A stretch of 64,000 nucleotides of DNA from Vicinamibacteria bacterium (GTDB lineage Bacteria; Acidobacteriota; Vicinamibacteria; Marinacidobacterales; Marinacidobacteraceae), in NCBI GenBank assembly GCA_963555995.3, contig OY821641.1:768001-832000 (forward strand), given 5' to 3'. This document shows positions 27,317 to 36,191 of the stretch, in pieces (positions within the stretch are counted from its first letter, which is position 1; each line of letters begins with the position of its first letter). The notes beneath the pieces were generated by a model that was given only the letters and a program-made list of their open reading frames with translations, made no database searches and was not told the DNA's origin. Made by a program: the position numbers and the translations under genes.

Positions 27317-29335
27317 TCAGTTCACCTGGAGGTGGATGGACAGGAACTCGAGGACCTTCTGGAAGAAGGCGTAGTTCGCGCCCCGGTCGGTCTCCCAGCG
27401 GAAGACGGCTCGGCCGGTGTCGCCGCGGAAGGTGAGTTCCACGAGGGGGTAGTCGGCCCGGGACCGGAGTTCGGCGAGGAAATCGAGTTTCGCCGCGAAC
27501 GGCGCCTCCGGTACCTCCTCGCCGTGGAAGGAGAGGAGCGGCGCCCGGATCGCCGCCGCCTCCCCGTTCAGCGACAGGCGCCGGTAGTTCTCGAGATTCC
27601 CGCGGACCGGCCCGAGCTCGCCCTCCACGAACGCCCGCCGCTCCGGGTCGAGGGTGCGCACCAGCGTGCGCGGATCTGCGAACCCCATGGCCTCCACCCC
27701 GCAGGCGAAGAGGTCCGGGTGGCGGGCGAGGGCCGCGAGGACGAGGAAGCCGCCGTACCCCGTCCCGAAGATGCACGCCCCGTCCGGAGAGACATCCGGC
27801 AGCTCCTCGGCCGCGCGGGTGAGCGCGACCAGGTCGTCGAGATCGGCGCCCCCCCAGTCGCCGTCGTTCAGCGCGGCGAACGCCGCCCCGCGCCCGTCCG
27901 TTCCCCGCACGTTGGGGGCGAGGACCGCGTATCCCTGCGCGGTGAGCAACTGCACGATGGGGTCGAACCCGTTCCGCCAGGTGTCCCCGGCTCTCCCCCG
28001 GACATGGACGAGCAGGGGCGCCGGGACGCCCTCCGGCGGCGCTGCCGGCCGGTAGAGGAAGGCGCCGACCGGGACGCCGTCCCGTTCCACCTCGATCCGC
28101 TCCGGCCGGGAGAAGCGGCGGACGTCAATGTCGGCGAACAGGGTGTCCGTGATCCGTTCCCGTCCCCCGGTGACCGGCCAGGACCACACGTCGCGCGGGA
28201 AGGCGGGCGCCTCGTGCAGCGCGAAGAGCCTCGTCCCGTCCCGGCTCCAGCGGAGGCCGCGCGCCACCCCCGCGCCGCGGGTGACGATCCGGGCCCGGCC
28301 CGCCGGGGTCCAGCGTCCGTTCGCGTCGCGCTCGAGCCGCGACCGGTGGATGCGCCGGCTGCCCCGGTCGGCCTCGATCCAGGCGATCTCGAGTTCGCCC
28401 GCCGCGCTCCCCGCGGGGCGAAACCGGGGTTCGGCGAGGTCGCGTTCTCCGGCGAGCAGTCCGTACGGCTCGCCGCCGCCGTCCGCGCCCACGAAGTGAA
28501 CAGTGTCGAACCCGCCGTCCGGGCACTCCGGGTCACAGGAAGCGCCGCTCGCCCAGGCCAGTCCCCTGCCGTCCGGGGTCCAGTCGGGAACCCCCCGGAC
28601 CGGTCGGTCGTTCCCGGCCGTCAGGACGAGGGGCTCCGTTCCCTCCCCGGGGGCCAGGACCGCTAGCTCGCGCCCGGCGCCGGACTGGAAGGTGTAGGCG
28701 ATGCGGGCGCCGTCCGGCGACCAGACCGGCGGTCCCTCGTCGCCCGGATGCGCGGTGAGCCGCTCCGCATCCCCGCCGCCGGCGGACACCAGCCAGACGT
28801 CCCACCCGCTGCCGGGCTCCGCGTCCGACTCGTCCACGGGGATCCGCCGGCCACGGAAGGCGACGCGCTCCCCGGCCGGGTCCACGGCGGGGTCGCGCGC
28901 CTGGAGGTCCGGTGCGGTGAGAGGTTCCGGCTCTCCCCCGAGTTCGAGCCGGAAGAGGCGGCCGGTCTCCTCCTCGTCGCCGCGGGGCCGCGGTCCGGAG
29001 ACGAAGACCACCGACATGGCGTCCCCCACGAACCGGGGCGCCGAGTCCCAGCGCCGCCCTTCGGTGAGCACCCCCGGCCGGGCGCCGGCGGCGGTCAGGA
29101 ACAGCGTGGAACGGTTCCGGGTAGTCGCCGCCAGCACGACCCGGCGACCGTCCGCCGACACGCCGAAACCGAGCGCCTGGGGAAGGCCGAGCGCCGTCTC
29201 GAGGGCGAGCGCCTGGTCCGGCTCGACGAGCTGTCGCGGCTGCGCCGGCGGGACCGCCGCGCCCGCCCCCGGTGCGAGAAGCAGCGGTGCGGAGATTCCG
29301 GCCAGCGCGGCGAACCGGATCGCGGAGGGGCGCAT
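27317..29335 (-). CDS. S9 (acylaminoacyl peptidase-like) protein with TolB/PD40 propeller; catalytic triad apparently lost
   Basis: Signal peptide, WSPDG/WTPDG repeats, GYAVLAPNVRG, DWGG.DLDD; GTGYGG in place of GxSYGG. Confidence 0.88.
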   Translation of the reverse strand: MRPSAIRFAALAGISAPLLLAPGAGAAVPPAQPRQLVEPDQALALETALGLPQALGFGVSADGRRVVLAATTRNRSTLFLTAAGARPGVLTEGRRWDSAPRFVGDAMSVVFVSGPRPRGDEEETGRLFRLELGGEPEPLTAPDLQARDPAVDPAGERVAFRGRRIPVDESDAEPGSGWDVWLVSAGGGDAERLTAHPGDEGPPVWSPDGARIAYTFQSGAGRELAVLAPGEGTEPLVLTAGNDRPVRGVPDWTPDGRGLAWASGASCDPECPDGGFDTVHFVGADGGGEPYGLLAGERDLAEPRFRPAGSAAGELEIAWIEADRGSRRIHRSRLERDANGRWTPAGRARIVTRGAGVARGLRWSRDGTRLFALHEAPAFPRDVWSWPVTGGRERITDTLFADIDVRRFSRPERIEVERDGVPVGAFLYRPAAPPEGVPAPLLVHVRGRAGDTWRNGFDPIVQLLTAQGYAVLAPNVRGTDGRGAAFAALNDGDWGGADLDDLVALTRAAEELPDVSPDGACIFGTGYGGFLVLAALARHPDLFACGVEAMGFADPRTLVRTLDPERRAFVEGELGPVRGNLENYRRLSLNGEAAAIRAPLLSFHGEEVPEAPFAAKLDFLAELRSRADYPLVELTFRGDTGRAVFRWETDRGANYAFFQKVLEFLSIHLQVN

Positions 29336-29406
29336 TCGGGAAGCGTAGTCCGGCGCCCGCCGCCTCCGTCCGGGCGCGATAATCCCGGAAGTCCTTCCCG
29401 CGCAAC

Positions 29407-31056
29407 GTGAGTCCTGCCCCCCCACCCATCCGCTTCGAGACCCATCCGTCGCGCTACCGCCACTGGAACCTGGAGACCGATGGGGATACCGCCACCCTGA
29501 CGCTCCGGGTGGACGAGGCCGGCGGCCTCCGGCCGGGGTACGCCCTCAAGCTGAACAGCTACGACCTGGGGGTGGACATCGAACTCGCGGACGCCGTGGA
29601 GCGGCTGCGGTTCGAGCATCCGGGGGTCGGGGCGGTGGTGGTCCGGAGCGGACTCGACCGGGTGTTCTCGTCGGGCGCGAACATCTTCATGCTCGCCGGC
29701 TCCTCCCACGGGTTCAAGGTGAACTTCTGCAAGTACACGAACGAGACCCGGCTCCACATCGAGGCGGCGAGCCTGGGGAGCAACCAGAAGTACCTGGCGG
29801 CGGTAGGCGGCACGTGCGCCGGGGGCGGCTACGAACTCGCGCTCGCCTGCGACGAGATCCTCCTCGTGGACGACGGCAGCTCGGCCGTCTCGCTTCCGGA
29901 AGTGCCGCTGCTGGGCGTGCTCCCGGGAACGGGCGGCCTCACGCGGGTCATTGACAAGCGGAAGGTCCGGCGCGACCGCGCCGACGTGTTCTCCACCCTG
30001 GCCGAGGGGATCCGCGGCCGGCGGGCGCTCGAGTGGGGCCTCGTGGACGGCCTCGCGCCGCGGAGCCGCTTCGAGGAGCGGACCCGGGAACGGGCGGCGG
30101 CGCTCGCCGTCCGGTCCCCCGGTACCGCCGGCCGCAAGAAGCGGGGCATCGTCCTCGATCCGCTGGAACCGGAGGAGAGTCCCGACGCGGTGCGGTATCG
30201 CCACGTGGACCTCCGCTTCGACCGGAGCGAGCGGACCGCGACGCTGACCGTGCACGCGCCCGAGGACCCGTTTCCCGAGGACCGGGCGGCGCTGGCGGCG
30301 GCGGGCGCGTCGGTCTGGCACCTGCGGATGGCCCGCGAGCTCGACGACGCGCTCTGCCGGCTCCGTTTCAACGAGCCGGAACTCGGGGTGGTGCTGCTGC
30401 GGACGGCGGGTGACCCCGAGGCCGTCAGGGAGGCGGACCGGCGCCTCGACGGTTTCGGCGCGGTCTGGCTCGCTTCCCAGACCCGCGACCGAGTGGGCCG
30501 GACGTTCCGCCGGCTCGACCAGACCGCCCGCAGCTTCTTCGCGGTGGCCGAACCCGGCGAGCGGTTCGTCGGGACCCTCGCCGAGCTGCTGCTCGCGGCG
30601 GACCGCTCCTATCTCTGCGACGATCCGGACCGTCCCGCCGGAGTCGCGCTGACCGCCCTCAACGACGGCGCCTATCCGATGGCGAACGGGCTCTCGCGGC
30701 TGGAGACCCGGTTCTACGGCAACCCCGACGGCGCCAAGGGCGCCGGCAGGCGGACCCTCACCGCCGCCGAGGCGCACGAGCGCGGCCTCGCCACCTTCGC
30801 TCCCGACGACCTCGACTGGGAGGACGAGCTGCGGATGGCCATCGAGGAACGGGCCGGGTTCTCACCGGACGCGCTCACCGGGATGGAGGCGTCCCTGCGT
30901 TTCGCCGGTCCCGAGACCATGGAGACCCGGATCTTCGGACGCCTCTCGGCGTGGCAGAACTGGATCTTCCAGCGCCCGAACGCGATCGGGGAGCGCGGCG
31001 CCCTCACCACCTACGGCAAACCGGAACGTCCCGAATTCGACTGGAAACGAACGTAG
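29407..31056 (+). CDS. boxC: 2,3-epoxybenzoyl-CoA dihydrolase (benzoyl-CoA-dihydrodiol lyase)
   Basis: LKLNSYDLGVDIELADA, KVNFCKYTNETR, FGRLSAWQNWIFQRPNA. Confidence 0.95.
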   Translation: MSPAPPPIRFETHPSRYRHWNLETDGDTATLTLRVDEAGGLRPGYALKLNSYDLGVDIELADAVERLRFEHPGVGAVVVRSGLDRVFSSGANIFMLAGSSHGFKVNFCKYTNETRLHIEAASLGSNQKYLAAVGGTCAGGGYELALACDEILLVDDGSSAVSLPEVPLLGVLPGTGGLTRVIDKRKVRRDRADVFSTLAEGIRGRRALEWGLVDGLAPRSRFEERTRERAAALAVRSPGTAGRKKRGIVLDPLEPEESPDAVRYRHVDLRFDRSERTATLTVHAPEDPFPEDRAALAAAGASVWHLRMARELDDALCRLRFNEPELGVVLLRTAGDPEAVREADRRLDGFGAVWLASQTRDRVGRTFRRLDQTARSFFAVAEPGERFVGTLAELLLAADRSYLCDDPDRPAGVALTALNDGAYPMANGLSRLETRFYGNPDGAKGAGRRTLTAAEAHERGLATFAPDDLDWEDELRMAIEERAGFSPDALTGMEASLRFAGPETMETRIFGRLSAWQNWIFQRPNAIGERGALTTYGKPERPEFDWKRT

Positions 31057-31059
31057 CCG

Positions 31060-31084
31060 GGAACGCCGGTCTCCAGACCGGCAC
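31060..31084. repeat. REP type A between boxC and boxB
   Basis: GGAACGCCGGTCTCCAGACCGGCAC, 3 bp after the boxC stop. Confidence 0.9.
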
Positions 31085-31172
31085 TGCCCGCCGCAGGCGG
31101 GCGGCGGCAAGACGCTGGATCACGTGATGATCCGTTCTCGGCCATCCTTCTAAACTCCGGGTCGAAGCCCAG

Positions 31173-32579
31173 ATGTCCGAACTCGACTCCCGCATCCCGA
31201 ACAACGTCGCCCTCTCCCAGGACCCGCGCCTCCAGCGGGCGCTCCTCCGCTGGCAGCCCGCGTTCCTCAACTGGTGGAGCGAAATGGGGCCGGAGGGCTT
31301 CCAGGGCGACGACGTGTTCCTGCGCACCGCAGTCTCGGTGGAGCCGTCGGGCTGGTCGCACTTCGACTACGTCCGCATGCCCGACTACCGGTGGGGGATT
31401 TTCCTGGCGCCGCCGGAGGCGGACCGGCGGATCGGGTTCGGGGACCTGGCCGGCCGGCCGGTGTGGCAGGAGGTGCCGGGCGAGTTCCGCACCGACCTCC
31501 GCCGCCTCATCGTCACCCAGGGGGACACCGAACCGGCGAGCGTCGAGCAGCAGCGCCAACTGGGGAAGACCGCCCCGAGCCTCTACGACCTCAGGAACCT
31601 CTTCCAGGTGAACGTCGAGGAGGGGCGGCACCTGTGGGCCATGGTCTACCTGCTGCACTCCCATTTCGGCCGGGACGGGCGCGAGGAGGCGGACGCGCTG
31701 CTGGAGCGCCACAGCGGGGACGCCGACCGGCCGCGGATCCTGCAGGCGTTCAACGAACCCTGCGACGACTGGCTGAACTTCTACCTGTTCACCATGTTCA
31801 CCGACCGGGACGGGAAGTATCAGCTCCTCGCCCTGGCCGAGAGCGCCTTCGATCCGCTGTCGCGCACCACCCGGTTCATGCTCACCGAAGAGGCCTTCCA
31901 CATGTCGGTCGGCGAGACCGGCGTGGGCCGCATCGTGGAGCGCACCGCCAAGGTGATGGCGGGGGGAGAAGACGACCCCCGGAGGGCCGGGGTCTTCGAC
32001 CTGCCCCTGATCCAGCGCCACATCAACTTCTGGTTCAGCGCCTCGCTGGATCTCTTCGGCGGGGAGGTCTCCTCGAACGCCGCCCACTACTTCGCGAACG
32101 GCCTCAAGGGCCGGGCGCGCGAGTCGCGCCGGCAGGACCACGCCGCCCTCGACGGGGTGTACCGGATGGAGCTTCCGGAGGACGGGGCGCTCCGGGAGCG
32201 GGACGTTCCCCTCCGGAACGCCATGAACGAGATCCTGCGCGACGACTACGTGCGCGACTGCGAGCGGGGACTGGCGCGCTGGAACCGGATCCTGGAGAAC
32301 GCCGGGCTCGGGGAGCGCCTCACCCTGCCGCACCGGCGGTTCCACCGGCAGATCGGCGCGTTCGCCGGACACCGGTTCGACCCGGACGGAAACCTGGTGG
32401 ACGAGGGCGCCTGGCGACGGACGCGCGACGACTGGCTGCCGACCGCGGACGACCGCGAGTACGTGCGCCGGCTCATGGTCCCGGTCCATGAGCCGGGGAG
32501 GATGGCGACCTGGATCGCCCCGCCGCGGAGCGGGGTGGACGGCAAGCCCATCGGCTACGAATACGTGAAGCGTCCGTGA
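31173..32579 (+). CDS. boxB: Benzoyl-CoA 2,3-epoxidase di-iron subunit
   Basis: IPNNV, WWSEMGP, QGDTEPASVEQQ, EEGRH, TDRDGK, EEAFH. Confidence 0.96.
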   Translation: MSELDSRIPNNVALSQDPRLQRALLRWQPAFLNWWSEMGPEGFQGDDVFLRTAVSVEPSGWSHFDYVRMPDYRWGIFLAPPEADRRIGFGDLAGRPVWQEVPGEFRTDLRRLIVTQGDTEPASVEQQRQLGKTAPSLYDLRNLFQVNVEEGRHLWAMVYLLHSHFGRDGREEADALLERHSGDADRPRILQAFNEPCDDWLNFYLFTMFTDRDGKYQLLALAESAFDPLSRTTRFMLTEEAFHMSVGETGVGRIVERTAKVMAGGEDDPRRAGVFDLPLIQRHINFWFSASLDLFGGEVSSNAAHYFANGLKGRARESRRQDHAALDGVYRMELPEDGALRERDVPLRNAMNEILRDDYVRDCERGLARWNRILENAGLGERLTLPHRRFHRQIGAFAGHRFDPDGNLVDEGAWRRTRDDWLPTADDREYVRRLMVPVHEPGRMATWIAPPRSGVDGKPIGYEYVKRP

Positions 32580-33754
32580 TGAGGGACATCGTCCTCGCGG
32601 GAGCGAGCCGCACGCCGATCGGCCGGTTCGGCGGAGCGCTCGCCTCGCTGACGGCCCCCGAACTCGGCGCCGCGGCCGCGCGGAGCGCGCTCGATGCGGC
32701 CGGAGTGCCCGCCGGGGCGGTGGACGCCGTGGTCTTCGGCAACGCCCGGCAGGCGGGCGTGGGGCCGAATCCGGCGCGGCAGGTCGGCCGGCGGGCCGGC
32801 CTCGCCGACCGGGTGCCGGCGCGCACGGTGAACCAGGCGTGCGCCTCGGGCCTCCGGGCGATCCTCGACGCGGCCGCCGACATCCGGCTGGGCGATGCGC
32901 GGGTGGTGCTCGCCGGGGGAACCGAGAGCATGAGCAACACCCCGTTCCTGCTCCCTTCGGCCCGCTGGGGGCAGCGGTTCGGCGACGGCCCGCTCGACGA
33001 CGGGATGTACCGGGACGGCTTCCACTGTCCGCTCGCGGATCAGCTCATGGGGGAGACGGCGGAGACGCTCGCCGACCGGTACGCGCTTCCGCGCGCCGCG
33101 TGCGACGAGTACGCGGCCACCAGTCAGAACCGGGCCGAGGCGGCGCGGGCGGCGGGACGCTTCGACGCGGAGATCGCCCCGGTTTCGGGTGCGACCCGGA
33201 AAGGCGAGGTCGAAGTCGGGCGCGACGAGCACCCCCGGGACGGGGTGACGGCGGGCTCGCTGGCGAAGCTGAAACCCGTCTTCCGGAAGGACGGCGTGGT
33301 GCACGCCGGCAACTCCTCCGGCATCACCGACGGCGCCGCTGCGGTGGTCGTGCTGTCCTCCGACCGGGCGTCCGAGCTCGGGGTCGAGCCGCTGGCCCGG
33401 CTCGCCGGCCACGCGACCGCCGGGGTGGACCCCCGGGTGATGGGGATCGGACCGGTTCCCGCGGTGCGCGACCTGCTGGCGAGGACGGGCCTGAGGCTTG
33501 AGGACGTTGCCCTCGTGGAACTGAACGAGGCGTTCGCGCCGCAGGTGCTCGCCTGCGCCCGCGACCTCGACCTCGATCCGGAGCGGCTCAACGTGAACGG
33601 CGGCGCCATCGCCCTCGGCCATCCCATCGGGGCCACCGGCGCCCGGATCGTGGTCACCCTGCTCCACGAGATGGAGCGCCGCGACGCGCGCTACGGCATC
33701 GCGACCCTCTGCGTCAGCGGCGGCATGGGCGTCGCCGCGTTGTTCGAACGGTAG
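32579..33754 (+). CDS. Acetyl-CoA C-acyltransferase (thiolase)
   Basis: RTPIG, NQACASG, NEAFA, GGAIALGHP, LCVSGG; coupled to boxB. Confidence 0.95.
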   Translation: MRDIVLAGASRTPIGRFGGALASLTAPELGAAAARSALDAAGVPAGAVDAVVFGNARQAGVGPNPARQVGRRAGLADRVPARTVNQACASGLRAILDAAADIRLGDARVVLAGGTESMSNTPFLLPSARWGQRFGDGPLDDGMYRDGFHCPLADQLMGETAETLADRYALPRAACDEYAATSQNRAEAARAAGRFDAEIAPVSGATRKGEVEVGRDEHPRDGVTAGSLAKLKPVFRKDGVVHAGNSSGITDGAAAVVVLSSDRASELGVEPLARLAGHATAGVDPRVMGIGPVPAVRDLLARTGLRLEDVALVELNEAFAPQVLACARDLDLDPERLNVNGGAIALGHPIGATGARIVVTLLHEMERRDARYGIATLCVSGGMGVAALFER

Positions 33755-33762
33755 GAGGCCCG

Positions 33763-33787
33763 GGAGCGCCGGTCTTCAGACCGGCAC
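33763..33787. repeat. REP type A variant
   Basis: GGAGCGCCGGTCTTCAGACCGGCAC. Confidence 0.85.
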
Positions 33788-33836
33788 CCGCTGCGCGGAG
33801 CGCAGCGGAATCGCTGCCTCCTGTGGGTCCCGGTCG

Positions 33837-34895
33837 CTACCGCCGGAAGTACTCCACCTGCCATCTCCGCACCGCGCGGTTGTGCTCCCGGAGCGTTCGG
33901 TTGAACTCGTGGGTGCCGTCGTTCCGGGAGACGAAGTAGAGGAAATCGGTCTCCGCCGGGAAGAGCACCGCATCGAGCGCGGCGATCCCGAACGAGGCGA
34001 TGGGCCCTGGCGGGATTCCGCCCACCCGGTAGGTGTTGTAGGGCGACGCGATGTCGAGGTCCCGCCTGCGGATGTTGTTCCCGGTGTCTCCCGCCTGCCG
34101 CATCGCGAACAGGACGGTCGGATCGGACTGGAGCGGCATCCCGCGCTCGAGCCGGTTCCAGAACACCGAGGCGATGACGGCGCGTTCGTCCGGGCTTCCG
34201 GTCTCCTTCTCCACGATGGAGGCCAGGGTGGCGATCTCGCGCAGCGAACGGCCGAGTTCCTCCGCCCGGGCTTGGCGCCGTTCGGTCCAGAGCGCCCGGA
34301 ACTGTCCCACCAGCACCGCGGTCACCCGTTCCGGGCCGGCCTCCGGCGGCAGCCGGTAGGTGCTCGGGAAGAGATAGCCCTCGAGATCCCCCGCCTCGGG
34401 GTCCAGGTCGCCGATCAGGCGCTCCGCGGCCGCCGGGTCCGAGAAGACGGCGAGGAGCGCGTCCGCACCCCCGGCGCCCTGCCCGGCGAGCAGGGCCGCC
34501 GTCCCCTCCCGGTCGAGTCCCTCGGGGAGGGTGACCGGCAGCGTCGCCACCTCCCCGGCCACGATCCGGGCAATGACCTCGGCGGGGGTGAGGGCGCCCT
34601 CGAAGCGGTAGAGGCCGGCCTGCAGGCGGCCTCCCGACTCCGCCCGGGCCACTCCCCGGAGGAAGACCCGCCGGTCCACCACGATTCCGGAAGCCTCGAG
34701 GCGGTTCGCGATCGTCTCCGCGGTCGAGCCCCGCCCGACCCGGAAGAGCACGGTCCCCCGATGCGCCGCGAACGGACGCTCGAGCGCCTCGTCGAGCGGT
34801 TTCAGGTAGAAGAACCGGTAGCCCAGCAGCCCGGCAGCCCCGGCGGCCAGGCCGCCGAGCAGGAAGAGAACCAGCCACCGGCTCCGCCGGGACAT
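33837..34895 (-). CDS. mltG: Endolytic transglycosylase MltG
   Basis: N-terminal TM, LEGYLFP.TY, LASIVEKE, LQSDPT, SPYNTY, PPGPI, LYFV. Confidence 0.95.
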   Translation of the reverse strand: MSRRSRWLVLFLLGGLAAGAAGLLGYRFFYLKPLDEALERPFAAHRGTVLFRVGRGSTAETIANRLEASGIVVDRRVFLRGVARAESGGRLQAGLYRFEGALTPAEVIARIVAGEVATLPVTLPEGLDREGTAALLAGQGAGGADALLAVFSDPAAAERLIGDLDPEAGDLEGYLFPSTYRLPPEAGPERVTAVLVGQFRALWTERRQARAEELGRSLREIATLASIVEKETGSPDERAVIASVFWNRLERGMPLQSDPTVLFAMRQAGDTGNNIRRRDLDIASPYNTYRVGGIPPGPIASFGIAALDAVLFPAETDFLYFVSRNDGTHEFNRTLREHNRAVRRWQVEYFRR

Positions 34896-34926
34896 GGTTC
34901 CTGCCTCCGGATCGCGCTCCGACGAA

Positions 34927-36114
34927 TCAGCCGGGTTCGTTCGCCGCCGCCCGGCGCCGCTTCAGGGCCCGGGCCGCCAGGTCCAGCTCCGGATCGTCGT
35001 CGTCGAGTTCCGCCCGCTCGACGCCGAGGTCCGCGGGACCCAGGCTGGGGGCCACGCCCACTCCCAGGATGTCCTCACCGTCCGGCCCCCGGATATGGGC
35101 GGTCGAGAGCAGGATCGCGTCCCCCTCCGGCAGTTCGATGAGTTCCGGGCGTCCGGTGCGGCCGGCGGTGCGCCGTCCGACCACGTCCACGTTGTCGCGG
35201 GACTTGAGCACCGCCGCGAGCACTTCCCCGGGACATACCGTGCCGCGGTTGACCGCCACCGCCAGCGGTCCCTCGAAGAGCGGCTCGCCGGCCGGCGCCG
35301 CGAGGGGGGTCGTGACCTCCTCACCGTCGGCGTTGCGCCGGACGAGCTGGGCCGGCGCCCCTTCCATGAAGGCGCCGGCGACCTCCAATCCGGCCTCGCA
35401 GCCACCGTGGCCGCGGCTTCCCCGCAGGTCGAGCGCCAGGCTGTCCGCGCCGCCCTCCTCGAGCGACCGGATCGCCGCCGCCAACTGGGAACTCGTGCCT
35501 TCGTGGAACCGCCGGATGCGGACCACCCCGATCCCGTCATCCAGCATGCGGTGCTCCACGGGGGGGGCGATGAGCACGGCGCGCTCCAGCGTGACGGGGC
35601 GGGCCTCCGCGTCCGTGGCCCCGCGGAGCGACAGCTCCACCGGGGCGCCCGGCGCCCCGGCGAGCAGCAGCAGGGCCACGGGAATCCGCAGTTCGCGGGT
35701 GTTCCGGCCATCAATCGCGGTGATCGCGACGCCGCGCTCGATCCCGGCCTCCGCCGCCGGCGAGCCCGGCAGGACATCGTCCACGTGGAGGTAGTAGCGC
35801 TTCTGGAGGCCCAGCCCGACGCTCGCGTTCAGCGATCCGCGGTTCCGGTAGCGCGCGAGTTCGCCGGCGCTCAGGTAGGCGCTGTCGGCGTCGAGCGCCT
35901 CGAAGATGCCCCGCACCGCTCCGTCCATCAGGAACGCCGGGTCCACCGGTTCCAGGTACTGGTCCCGGATGAGCATCAGGGCGCCGTTGAACACTTCGAG
36001 CGCCTGGTAGGTGGACTCCTGGCCGGCCGTTCCGGCGACCGGGCCGTCTCCGCCCGAAACCGGAACCACCCCCGCGGCCCCCAGGGCGATGACCGTCCCG
36101 GCGGCCACCAGCAC
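34927..36114 (-). CDS. S41 (CtpA/Prc-like) PDZ protein with substituted catalytic residues
   Basis: GSPAAEAGI PDZ, LDLRG, VNRGTVCPGE, VVGRRTAGR, GVGVAP. Start uncertain. Confidence 0.85.
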   Translation of the reverse strand: MLVAAGTVIALGAAGVVPVSGGDGPVAGTAGQESTYQALEVFNGALMLIRDQYLEPVDPAFLMDGAVRGIFEALDADSAYLSAGELARYRNRGSLNASVGLGLQKRYYLHVDDVLPGSPAAEAGIERGVAITAIDGRNTRELRIPVALLLLAGAPGAPVELSLRGATDAEARPVTLERAVLIAPPVEHRMLDDGIGVVRIRRFHEGTSSQLAAAIRSLEEGGADSLALDLRGSRGHGGCEAGLEVAGAFMEGAPAQLVRRNADGEEVTTPLAAPAGEPLFEGPLAVAVNRGTVCPGEVLAAVLKSRDNVDVVGRRTAGRTGRPELIELPEGDAILLSTAHIRGPDGEDILGVGVAPSLGPADLGVERAELDDDDPELDLAARALKRRRAAANEPG

Positions 36115-36191
36115 GCCGCCGACGGCCGTCTTCCGCCTCCGGCGGGCCGGCCGGTCAGGAGGCCGGCCCAGAGGTTCCGCTTTGCGTGGGA

